A program made the translations under genes and the position numbers. Positions 48,963 to 57,872 of a stretch of DNA of 64,000 nucleotides are shown here, one piece after another. Below the pieces are notes generated by a model. It was not told where the DNA came from and did no database searches. It worked only from the letters and a program-made list of their open reading frames with translations. How positions within the stretch are numbered: the stretch's first letter is position 1; each line of letters begins with the position of its first letter. Source of the DNA: Methanobacteriota archaeon (GTDB lineage: Archaea > Thermoplasmatota > Thermoplasmata > SG8-5 > JAGLSY01); assembly GCA_020696385.1 (NCBI GenBank), contig JAEHCQ010000004.1:128001-192000 (forward strand). The letters are read 5' to 3'.

Positions 48963-49477
48963 TCCAGAATCTCAATTCCAACCTCGTTTCGACGCATAAA
49001 GCCAGGTGCAAATGGTGAGTTGTAGCGCATGAGGAATATATCGTTCTTGGTCCTGATATTATTGTCAGCCAGTATTCCTATCAGCTCGGTTCCTTTTTGT
49101 TCAATCAGATTGGGATTCGTCCGACCACGGAACTTCAGTACCGCAAATTTCCTGGCTGGCTGGATATGGATCTTTATACGACCATCTTTAGGTTTTGGAA
49201 TTGTTTCCAGTGAATAATTATCTGGCATTACAAAGGTGAAAAATCGATCATTGGAAATAACTGGCGCTGTCATTTTGATCTTTTCAGAATTGACAACCGG
49301 TGCTGTCATGGAAATCTTCTGCTGGCTTGAATTGTAGCCTGATATGTAATTGAAAAGTATGCCGAAGGATGAATCATCCTGAACTCCGATCACTGTAGCC
49401 AGCAAGATATCTGGATACTGGCGTATCTCAACCTTTTCAATTTTATTTATAATTTTATAATCTGTCTGTTCAACCAT
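48959..49477 (-). CDS. SOUL family heme-binding protein
   Basis: EIRQYP, LFNYISG.N, KISMTAPV, RYNSPF.P...RRNEV. Confidence 0.92.
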   Translation of the reverse strand: MVEQTDYKIINKIEKVEIRQYPDILLATVIGVQDDSSFGILFNYISGYNSSQQKISMTAPVVNSEKIKMTAPVISNDRFFTFVMPDNYSLETIPKPKDGRIKIHIQPARKFAVLKFRGRTNPNLIEQKGTELIGILADNNIRTKNDIFLMRYNSPFAPGFMRRNEVGIEILD

Positions 49478-49593
49478 TACTTCACCATATGATTGAATTC
49501 ATGATTAAAGGTTATCCCAAATGATTCCCCTATCAAAGGCTTACTTTTATATTCGGTTTTCGTATTCTCGGAAACCATGAGAGGGTGAGTGAA

Positions 49594-51117
49594 ATGACTT
49601 TGATAATTACTGGAAATGACCTTAAGATCGAAGATGTCGTGAATGTGGCCAGACATGGCGAGAAGGTGGAGATAGATCCCCTCGCGGTGGAGCGCATTAA
49701 CAAGTGCCGCGCGATGCTGGAGAGGAAGATCGAGGCCAATGAGATCATGTATGGTGTGAACACTGGTATCGGTGAATTCTCCGAGGTTGTTCTCAATGAT
49801 GACCAGGTCAAGGATTTTCAGAAATATCTTGTCTACAACCACGCCGCTGGAATAGGGGATCCAGCGCCCATCGAGTACGTGAGAGGAGCCATGCTGGGCA
49901 GGATTAATGTCCACTCACACGGAAACTCCGGTTGCCGTCTAGATATCACTCAGACCCTTGTCGATATGCTTAACAAGGGCGTGACCCCGTTTGTCTGCCA
50001 GAAGGGTTCTGTCGGTGCAAGTGGCGATCTCGCCCCAATGTCCCAGATAGCTCTACTTTTGATGGGCGAGGGACAGGCCTATTTCGAGGGCGAACTTCTC
50101 GATGGAAAAGAAGCCATGGACAAGGCCGGCATTCCAATACCTGGCTTGCAGGCTCGCGACGGACTGGCGACAATCAATGGTTCCAATGTTCTAACCGCGA
50201 TGAGCGCGATATTCCTTTACGATGCCATGAGGTGGCTGAAACAAGCGGAAATAGCCGCCGCGATGTCCTTGGAAGCACTCAAGGCGAACATGAAGCCATA
50301 CACTTCCAGGCTTCATGAAGTACGCGGATTCCAGGGCGCGGTCAGATCTGCCAATGCGATCAATATGCTTATTGCCGACGGCGACCTCAAAGAACAGCGC
50401 ATCAAAGTGAAAGTCCAGGACGCTTATAGTATGAGATCCAGCCCCCAGGTCATCGGAGCCGCACATGACGCTCTCCGATGGGCCAGAAGTCAGGTCGAAA
50501 TCGAGCTCAATGGCGTGGGCGACAATCCAATTTTCTTCCCGGATGAGAACATGGCACTTTCAGGAGCTAATTTCCAGGGCTCGCCAGTATCTCTGCCGAT
50601 GGACATGGCCGGCATAGCGATCACCATGGTCAGCGTGCTTTCAGAAAGGCGGATGAACCGTCTTAATAATCCGGCTTTATCAGAGGGTTTGCCACCATTC
50701 CTGACAAAAGGCGCAGGAATGTTCTCCGGACTTATGTTAAGTCAGTACACGGCGGATATGCAGATCGTGGAGCAGCGAATTCTATCTGCTCCAGCAAGCA
50801 TCCAGTCAATTCCAGCAGCAGCCGATCAGGAGGATTTCGTATCAATGGGTATGAACACCGCCATTAAAAATTTCCAGATCTTGGACAATGCCTACGGCAT
50901 CCTGGGTATCGAGCTGATGGCCGCCGCTCAGGCATTGGATCTCAGAGATTTCAAATTCGGAATCGGGACCACGAAGGCGAAAGAAGTCATTCGTCGCCAT
51001 GTGGACTATCTGGAGATCGACAGGCCACTGTACACCGACCACACGAACATGAAGGAACTGGTCCGATCTGGCGAGATACTGGATGAAGTGGAGAAGGTTG
51101 TTGGAAGCTTGGGATGA
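49594..51117 (+). CDS. hutH: MIO-dependent ammonia-lyase, probably histidine ammonia-lyase
   Basis: YGVNTG, GSVGASGDLAP (ASG/MIO), QDAYSMR, DNP, QEDFVSMG; hutU nearby. Confidence 0.85.
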   Translation: MTLIITGNDLKIEDVVNVARHGEKVEIDPLAVERINKCRAMLERKIEANEIMYGVNTGIGEFSEVVLNDDQVKDFQKYLVYNHAAGIGDPAPIEYVRGAMLGRINVHSHGNSGCRLDITQTLVDMLNKGVTPFVCQKGSVGASGDLAPMSQIALLLMGEGQAYFEGELLDGKEAMDKAGIPIPGLQARDGLATINGSNVLTAMSAIFLYDAMRWLKQAEIAAAMSLEALKANMKPYTSRLHEVRGFQGAVRSANAINMLIADGDLKEQRIKVKVQDAYSMRSSPQVIGAAHDALRWARSQVEIELNGVGDNPIFFPDENMALSGANFQGSPVSLPMDMAGIAITMVSVLSERRMNRLNNPALSEGLPPFLTKGAGMFSGLMLSQYTADMQIVEQRILSAPASIQSIPAAADQEDFVSMGMNTAIKNFQILDNAYGILGIELMAAAQALDLRDFKFGIGTTKAKEVIRRHVDYLEIDRPLYTDHTNMKELVRSGEILDEVEKVVGSLG

Positions 51118-51159
51118 AAAACCTGATTGCAATAATATGCAAGGCGATAATTATTCGAG

Positions 51160-51312
51160 CATGCCCCAGGGCGAGAGACGCAGACCTGGGGTACTATATT
51201 CTATATCTCAGTGAGTGACAGTTGCGATGTGCCAGTAAAAAGATAACCTCCTCGCTCAAGACAAGTTTAGGAGTGTATTGTTAGCCTTGTTCAGAATGCG
51301 AGGAGTCAAATT
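51160..51312 (+). repeat. Structured intergenic repeat family 1, copy D (diverged, compensatory stems)
   Basis: CATGCCCCAGG..CCTGGGGTACTATATTC..GAGTGACAGT..AACCTCCTCGC..GCGAGGAGTCAAA. Confidence 0.75.
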
Positions 51313-51420
51313 AAGCCCCGCTCCGAGTGACGCAGGGGCGGGGTCCTTATCCACACCCAGCATAAGAAATTGAAACTCTAAACACTCATAAGTATGAGGC
51401 TAAACCTCTGAGATTCCCAC

Positions 51421-51605
51421 CCCATCAATTGGCAATTCCCCCCACCCGACCACAGAATCATCTGGCTACTCCGTATCCAGAAGATTAATTGAATCGCTAT
51501 GCAATTCAATTCGCTGGCTGTATTTCGGATCGCACAGCATCCCGAAATACTCTTTCGTGTAATTGACACGAAAGACAACCCGACCCCCTTTTGTCTGCTC
51601 GGAGT
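51421..51605. repeat. Intergenic repeat family 4, copy 2
   Basis: Ends match 9931-10002; longer internal segment. Confidence 0.55.
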
Positions 51606-51674
51606 TATTTCCTATATATTTGTCATATCGATACATTTAATAATCAAAATCAAATTCAAAGGTCTGGTTAAAAC

Positions 51675-52628
51675 ATGAGATACATCGTTACCGGGGGCGC
51701 AGGATTCATAGGCAGCCACATCGTCGACAGGCTGCTTGCGGACGGGCATGAGGTCACTGTAATTGACAATATGACCACTGGTTTTCCAGAGTATGTCAAC
51801 CAGCATAATGCCAATCCCAATTTTGAACTTCTTAATTTCGACCTCAAGGACCTTGCCAGGACCAAGGAGGCTTTCAAGGATCAGGATGCTATATTCCACC
51901 TGGCTGCCAATGCCGATGTCCGCGGAGGTCTGGAGGATAATTTCCGAGACCTGGAAAGGAATGTCCTGGTCACCCACAATGTGCTGGAAGCCATGAGGGC
52001 GAATGATATTTCCAAGATCCTTTTTTCATCAACAGCCGCTGTTTATGGCGAGCCAGATATCTTTCCCACTCCCGAGACCTACCACCCGAAACAAACTTCA
52101 TTTTATGGCGCATCCAAGCTTTCTTGTGAGGGTTTTATCGAATCCTTCTGCGAGGCCTATGGATTCCAGGCCTGGATGTTCAGATTTGTCTCCATCCAGG
52201 GTGAGCGACATCCCCACGGAGTTACTTATGATTTCGTGAAGAAGCTGAAGGCCGATCCCAGCCAGATGGAGATATTGGGCGATGGAACCTCCAAGAAATC
52301 ATACTGCCACGTGGATGATTGTGTTGACGGCTTCATGATGGCTTTTGAGAAAGCCGATGACAAGGTGAACTTATTCAATATCGGAAACACCGAGAATGTG
52401 GATGTCACAAGTCTGGCTGGGTATGTGACCAGTGAGATGGGATTAGATAATGTTCAATTCAATTACACTGGTGGAATGCGCGGATGGATAGGCGACTCGC
52501 CACTTGTTCAACTTGACATCGACAAGCTTCGCGCACTTGGCTGGGAGCCGAAGAATAATATTGAACAGACAGTGCGCAGGACTGTGCGCTGGCTCATGGG
52601 CAATCCTTATGTTTACGGAGAAAGATGA
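51675..52628 (+). CDS. NAD-dependent nucleotide-sugar epimerase/dehydratase
   Basis: [27 protein letters not shown]. Confidence 0.92.
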   Translation: MRYIVTGGAGFIGSHIVDRLLADGHEVTVIDNMTTGFPEYVNQHNANPNFELLNFDLKDLARTKEAFKDQDAIFHLAANADVRGGLEDNFRDLERNVLVTHNVLEAMRANDISKILFSSTAAVYGEPDIFPTPETYHPKQTSFYGASKLSCEGFIESFCEAYGFQAWMFRFVSIQGERHPHGVTYDFVKKLKADPSQMEILGDGTSKKSYCHVDDCVDGFMMAFEKADDKVNLFNIGNTENVDVTSLAGYVTSEMGLDNVQFNYTGGMRGWIGDSPLVQLDIDKLRALGWEPKNNIEQTVRRTVRWLMGNPYVYGER

Positions 52629-52651
52629 AGAGATCAATGTGGGTGTGAAAA

Positions 52652-53368
52652 ATGACCGGGGGAAAAGTGGAGCAGGCAGTGGTCCTATGCGGGGGACTTG
52701 GAACCAGGCTTCAGTCGGTTTCCAAGGACATTCCAAAATCCATGATGCCCATTGACGACCGCCCATTTCTCGAGATACTGGTGTCACAGTTCAAGAACCA
52801 TGGCATCACGCGTTTTCTTTTCCTCACAAGTCATCTTCACGAGATCATTGAGGAACACTTTGGGGACGGTTCCTCCTTCGATGTCACTATCGAATATTCC
52901 ACCGAGCCAGAGCCCATGGGAACAGGTGGTGCATTGGAACTTGCCAAGGACAAGTTGGATGCTGTGTTCTTCCTGGTCAATGGAGACACCATCTTGCCAA
53001 TCGATCCCACCATGCTCATTGCCGGATTTTATAGACAGAAATGCCTCGGATTCGTCACAGTATATGACAATAATGAGAAAATTGCAGATAAGAATATCAT
53101 AATAGACAATAAGGGCCAGATACTGCTCTACACCAAGCTGACATCCCTTCCTGAAATGACAGGAGTGGAAGCTGGCATGTCTGTTCTGGATAAGAAGGTG
53201 CTTAATATCTGCAAGAAGGAGAGTTATTCTCTGGAAATGGAAGTTTTCCCGAAATTAATAAATAATGGCCGTCTCTTTGGTTTATTAACGAGCCAGCGTT
53301 TCTACGACATTGGAACACCTGAAAGGCTGGAACTTGCAAGGAGTGTATTGAATGACCTTGGTTGGTAG
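52652..53368 (+). CDS. hddC: Sugar-phosphate nucleotidyltransferase (HddC-like)
   Basis: LCGGLGTRL, PK, EPEPMGTGG, NGDT, FYDIGTPE; operon context. Confidence 0.8.
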   Translation: MTGGKVEQAVVLCGGLGTRLQSVSKDIPKSMMPIDDRPFLEILVSQFKNHGITRFLFLTSHLHEIIEEHFGDGSSFDVTIEYSTEPEPMGTGGALELAKDKLDAVFFLVNGDTILPIDPTMLIAGFYRQKCLGFVTVYDNNEKIADKNIIIDNKGQILLYTKLTSLPEMTGVEAGMSVLDKKVLNICKKESYSLEMEVFPKLINNGRLFGLLTSQRFYDIGTPERLELARSVLNDLGW

Positions 53369-54359
53369 AGCACCGGTTAGAATAAGTTTCGGGGGCGGAG
53401 GAACGGACCTGGCTTCTTATTACAAGAAGCACGGCGGAGTCGTGGTCAGCGCGGCCATAAACAAGTATTTTTACACAATTCTGGAACTCAGGCAGGATGA
53501 GCGTATCCAGATAATCTCTTCAGACTTGCAGCTCAATCACACAGTGGAGGATTGCTACAGCCTGAAGTATGGTGAAGGACTGGACATTCCGGTCGGTGTA
53601 CTGAAGCACATGCATGTCCGCAGAGGCATGAACCTTCTTATGGCATCCGAGATACCGCCAGGCACTGGCCTTGGATCCTCGGGAGCAGTTACGGTCAATA
53701 TAATCAATACGATCAACCATCTTGAACATCTGAAGATGACCAAGAAAGAGCTAGCGGAGATGGCATACCACATAGAATACAATGAACTGGGTCTGCCCAT
53801 CGGCAAGCAGGATGAATATGCATCTGCTTTTGGAGGACTTAATTTCATCACATTTGACAGGTCTGGTGACACCACGGTCGAGCCTCTCAGTGTTCCAAAG
53901 GAAGTGCGCATGAGGATGGAGGATGACATCATGCTCTTCTTCACTGGCAGAACACGCCAATCATCCAAGATATTGAAGAGCCAGGATTCTTCAACCAAAG
54001 ATGATACTGGTGAAGTTGTCGAACGACTTCACGAGATCAAGGATATCGCTTTTAAAGTCAAAAAAGCGATAGAGGTAGGCGACCTGACTGAGATGGGTCA
54101 CCTTCTTGATATGAGCTGGCAGAATAAGAAGAAGCTGGCAAAAGGCATCAGCAATCCACGCATAAACAAGATATACGATATCGCGAAGAAAGAAGGAGCC
54201 GTGGGTGGTAAGCTGACCGGAGCCGGAGGCGGAGGATACATGATGCTCTTCTGCCACAAGAAACACCAACCAGCAGTTAAAAAAGCAATGGTGAAGGAAG
54301 GACTTTCATTGCTTGATTTCAAGTTCGACCACAAGGGTGCGAAGACCATGTTGGGATAA
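53352..54359 (+). CDS. hddA: D-glycero-alpha-D-manno-heptose-7-phosphate kinase (GHMP family)
   Basis: RAPVRISFGGGGTD, PPGTGLGSSG, GKQDEY..AFGG, KLTGAGGGG. Confidence 0.88.
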   Translation: MTLVGRAPVRISFGGGGTDLASYYKKHGGVVVSAAINKYFYTILELRQDERIQIISSDLQLNHTVEDCYSLKYGEGLDIPVGVLKHMHVRRGMNLLMASEIPPGTGLGSSGAVTVNIINTINHLEHLKMTKKELAEMAYHIEYNELGLPIGKQDEYASAFGGLNFITFDRSGDTTVEPLSVPKEVRMRMEDDIMLFFTGRTRQSSKILKSQDSSTKDDTGEVVERLHEIKDIAFKVKKAIEVGDLTEMGHLLDMSWQNKKKLAKGISNPRINKIYDIAKKEGAVGGKLTGAGGGGYMMLFCHKKHQPAVKKAMVKEGLSLLDFKFDHKGAKTMLG

Positions 54360-54451
54360 ATTATCTATATCGGGATAATCAATCCATGACGGGGTAATCT
54401 ATAACTATCACATTGAGAATAATAGTAGGGTGAAACAGGGGACATGATGAC

Positions 54452-55042
54452 ATGGACGAATTCAGAAAGAATTTCATTGATGGATATTTGAAAGACGTGA
54501 TAGACTGCCTGGAGGATTACAGGAAGAACCCGGAGTTCTTCGACGAACTGGCGACCATATTCCTAGATGCCAGGAAGCGAGGCAATATTGTATATTTCAT
54601 GGGGAATGGCGGAAGCGCGGCAACAGCCAATCATTTTGTATGCGACCTTGGCAAGGGCACGATCGTGGAAGGATATCCAAGGTTCAAAGTTTTATCATTA
54701 TCGGATAATATACCGATGATGCTGGCATGGGGAAATGATGCTTGTTATGAGGATATATTTGTCGAGCAGTTGAAGAACTTGATGAATCCCGGGGATGTCA
54801 TAGTCGGTATAAGTGGCAGCGGAAACTCTGGCAATGTTCTCAGAGCCATTGATTGGGCGAATGAGAATGGTGGAATAACCGTCGGCCTCACAGGTTTTTC
54901 AGGTGGTAAATTGAAGGACATGGCCAAGCACGTGTTGGTCGTTCCAATTCACTACATGCAGAAGATCGAAGATATCCACATGCTGGTCGATCACCTGGTC
55001 ACATCCCTTATCCGTGAAGAGGAGATGGCCAACCTTGAGTAA
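54452..55042 (+). CDS. gmhA: Phosphoheptose isomerase (SIS domain)
   Basis: GNGGSAA.A.H, ND..YEDIFVEQL, ISGSGNS.NV, ED.H. Confidence 0.88.
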   Translation: MDEFRKNFIDGYLKDVIDCLEDYRKNPEFFDELATIFLDARKRGNIVYFMGNGGSAATANHFVCDLGKGTIVEGYPRFKVLSLSDNIPMMLAWGNDACYEDIFVEQLKNLMNPGDVIVGISGSGNSGNVLRAIDWANENGGITVGLTGFSGGKLKDMAKHVLVVPIHYMQKIEDIHMLVDHLVTSLIREEEMANLE

Positions 55043-55532
55043 GAACAGGGCGGTATTCCTGGATCGTGACGGAGTCATCAATCGCCTGCACATGGGCAAG
55101 TACGTGACCAAGTGGGAAGAATTTGAATTCCTGGAAGGTGCATTGGATGCGGTGACCGCACTGGCAGCCAGTGATTTTAAAATAATTGTAATTACGAATC
55201 AATCCGCGATCAACCGCGGATTCATAACCGAGTATGAGCTGGAAGTGATCCACGAGCACATGACCGACAGCATTGAGAAGGCTGGCGGCCGAATTGATTC
55301 CATATACCACTGCCCGCACGCCCCGCATGAGGAATGTACCTGCCGAAAGCCGGAGCCTGGGATGTTCGAAAAGGCGATAGGGAATCATGATATCGATGTG
55401 ACCGGATCATGGTTCATCGGAGACTTCCAGAGTGATGAGGAAGCCGCCGCGAGAGTTGGCCTGAAATTCAAGCTGGCTGAGGGTGATGGCGGACTGAGAA
55501 GGGCGGTTGATGAGATATTGAATTCTAAATAA
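55035..55532 (+). CDS. gmhB: Heptose-1,7-bisphosphate phosphatase (HAD)
   Basis: FLDRDGVIN, ITNQS, CPH.....C.CRKP.PGM, IGD. Confidence 0.9.
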   Translation: MSKNRAVFLDRDGVINRLHMGKYVTKWEEFEFLEGALDAVTALAASDFKIIVITNQSAINRGFITEYELEVIHEHMTDSIEKAGGRIDSIYHCPHAPHEECTCRKPEPGMFEKAIGNHDIDVTGSWFIGDFQSDEEAAARVGLKFKLAEGDGGLRRAVDEILNSK

Positions 55533-55534
55533 CC

Positions 55535-55688
55535 CCGAGCGAGCAGGTTTACCCGAGTTTTCTTATTTGTCCGTCTTTTTCTTTTGTGAGGGTGTCTTTC
55601 GTGTCAAATGCACGAAAGAGTATTTCGGGATGCAATGCGAACCGAAATACGAGCTAGCACAGCGAGGGCTAAAAGAAAAAGTGGGATG
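55535..55688 (+). repeat. Intergenic repeat family 2, copy 2
   Basis: Conserved blocks shared with 18223-18383. Confidence 0.85.
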
Positions 55689-55950
55689 AGATTTTGGCTG
55701 AATCCTAATCGTTCTCCCGCCAGGCTCCGCCCCCTCCACGAATATTAAATGAATGTACCCACCCACTGGATACTTGCTTTTTGCCTTATATCGACCACGA
55801 GTTTATATATCATAATCATTTTGTGGATTTGACTCAAATAGTCAGTATATCACAATAGCCCTAAGGTGTGAAGACGGAGCCCAATAACGAAACAAATGGA
55901 AAAGCTCCTTACTTTACACCACAAGGCGCTGATGAATCAATAAACAGAAT

Positions 55951-56024
55951 AGCCTCGTGGTGTAATGGCAGCACAGGAGGTCTTGCACCTCCAGGCATCA
56001 GTTCGACTCTGATCGAGGCAACCA
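55951..56024 (+). tRNA. Atypical tRNA-Gln(UUG)-like RNA with encoded CCA
   Basis: Full cloverleaf: GCCTCG/CGAGGC, GTGT/GCAC, GGAGG-TCTTGCA-CCTCC, ATCAG-TTCGACT-CTGAT, ACCA; A1:A72 mismatch, C33, C37. Confidence 0.85.
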
Positions 56025-56048
56025 AACTAACCAGTAAAAAGTGAGGAA

Positions 56049-57872
56049 ATGATAGACCCCAAGAACATCGACTACAGGAAACTGGGCTTCAAAGCGGGCC
56101 TCGAGATACACCATCAGCTCAAGTCTTCTCGAAAGTTATTCTGCCACTGTCCAGCCGAGTTATCGGCCGATCTGCAGAAGAACCCGGACTTCACTTTTCA
56201 CAGACGCTTCCGAGCCGTGATGGGCGAGATGGGGGACTTCGACCCAGGTATGCTGGTCGAAGTTGAAAAGGGCTATCTGGTCATCTACCATGCGAATGAT
56301 GCCCATGTGTGCACTTACGAGATGGACGATACACCGCCATTCTGGCTGGACATGGAATCTGTGGATACGGGCTATAAGCTTGCCAGTCTTTTCAATTGCG
56401 AGTCGCCAGCCGAGGAAGTTGTCATAAATCGTAAGCAGTACTTGGATGGTTCGATAACCACTGGTTTCCAGCGCACGATGATAATCGCCAGGGACGGCCA
56501 TGTGCAATTGGCCAGTGGCAGGAAGATCACTATCACCAATATCCTTATCGAAGAAGATTCGGCCAGGAAGATCAAGGTCGAGGATCGCGGTCGAACCGTT
56601 TATTACAATCTGGATCGGCTGGGTGTTCCACTTACAGAGATAATAACAGATCACAATGAGATTGACACGCCGGAGCTTCTGATCGAGGCCATAAAGATGA
56701 TCGCCCTCAATTTGAGATTGACTGGTCTGGGTCGTCGCGGTATCGGTGTCGGCAGGCAGGATGTGAATATCTCGATCGATGGTGGTGACAGGGCGGAATT
56801 AAAGGGAGTTCAGGATCTTTCCTTAATGACAAAGTTCTGCGCCCACGAGGTATGCAGGCAACATACGCTTATCGATATTCAATCTCAACTTGCCAGCTCG
56901 AACCTGAAGAAGGAAGAGTTCGAGCATAATTACATCGATATTACACACTTATTCAATGATCTGGGTGAAGGAGAATCAGCCTTCGCGGTTAGGCTACCCG
57001 GTTTTGAGGAAATTCTCAAAACCGAGGTTCAGCCAGGCAAGGACTTTGGATATGAGATCTTCGAGAAATGCAATTTGATCACAGGTGTCCAGTACGACGA
57101 AATGTTCCATTCGGGCGAGATGAGCCCGGGATCCATTCGCATGATGAACAGGTCGGATGATCTTTTCATCAATAAGGGACAGGATGGCGAAATTCGTGCT
57201 ATTCTGAAACTGGAAGATGGAGATGGATACGTAGCTGCCAGGGGTAGTGAGAAACCAGTTCTCCACACTCTGAAAAAGACAGTAGAAAGATGCAAGCAGG
57301 CCTTCGATGGCGTGCCCCAGGAGACCAGGCGAGTACTACCAAATGGCAATAACGAGTTCCTGCGTGTGATCCATGGAAAAGGCCGGCTTTATCCGGACAC
57401 GGACACGCCACCAGCTCCCTACCCGATGGAGAAATTCCAGGCGATAAAGGAAAAGGGCTGGACAAGACCATTGGACCTTCTCGAAAAGTACCAGGAGAAG
57501 GGATTGAAATTGCCCATGCTGGAACTTCTTATCCGTGATGAGAAGATACCAATGTTCCAAAAGTTGGTGGATGAGGTCAAGGTCCCAACCTCTCTGGCTA
57601 TCCGATTGACTGTGGAAATTCCCCGGTGGCTGAGGAGGAAAGGATATGATCCAGAGATTATCAGCCAATTTTCGATCATCAGCATTGCTGGCAATATCAT
57701 GTCAGGCAAGCTCCAGGCAAAGCATCTTCGCCCAATGATGAAGGAGATATGCATTGCCCCCAAGGAGAACCAGAGTTCGATAGTTACCAAGTGGGTGGAT
57801 CAGAACAATAAAAAGGATGAACCGGGCGATGTAAAGGACCAATGGCCAGATGATGGGAGGTGTTGTAAGTGA
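56049..57872 (+). CDS. gatE: Glu-tRNA(Gln) amidotransferase subunit E, divergent
   Basis: GLEIHHQL...KLFC.CP, GFQRT, EED, LDRLGVPL.EI, RQDVNISI, ELKGVQ, YPDTD.P. Confidence 0.9.
   Translation: MIDPKNIDYRKLGFKAGLEIHHQLKSSRKLFCHCPAELSADLQKNPDFTFHRRFRAVMGEMGDFDPGMLVEVEKGYLVIYHANDAHVCTYEMDDTPPFWLDMESVDTGYKLASLFNCESPAEEVVINRKQYLDGSITTGFQRTMIIARDGHVQLASGRKITITNILIEEDSARKIKVEDRGRTVYYNLDRLGVPLTEIITDHNEIDTPELLIEAIKMIALNLRLTGLGRRGIGVGRQDVNISIDGGDRAELKGVQDLSLMTKFCAHEVCRQHTLIDIQSQLASSNLKKEEFEHNYIDITHLFNDLGEGESAFAVRLPGFEEILKTEVQPGKDFGYEIFEKCNLITGVQYDEMFHSGEMSPGSIRMMNRSDDLFINKGQDGEIRAILKLEDGDGYVAARGSEKPVLHTLKKTVERCKQAFDGVPQETRRVLPNGNNEFLRVIHGKGRLYPDTDTPPAPYPMEKFQAIKEKGWTRPLDLLEKYQEKGLKLPMLELLIRDEKIPMFQKLVDEVKVPTSLAIRLTVEIPRWLRRKGYDPEIISQFSIISIAGNIMSGKLQAKHLRPMMKEICIAPKENQSSIVTKWVDQNNKKDEPGDVKDQWPDDGRCCK

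Noticed and set aside
10054-51312. Dispersed repeats as a CRISPR array or integron attC cassettes
   Set aside because: Not regularly spaced, no cas or integrase gene in the window, and no GTTRRRY/RYYYAAC ends
55865-56012. H/ACA, C/D box or T-box RNA upstream of gatE
   Set aside because: ACA follows the hairpin and TGATGA/CTGA exist, but there is no proper pseudouridylation pocket, K-turn pairing or T-box UGGN antiterminator consensus
55951-56024. Reading the odd tRNA as Cys(GCA), Ala(UGC), Sec or Pyl
   Set aside because: With the 5-bp stem the central triplet is UUG; there is no long variable arm and no UCA/CUA anticodon
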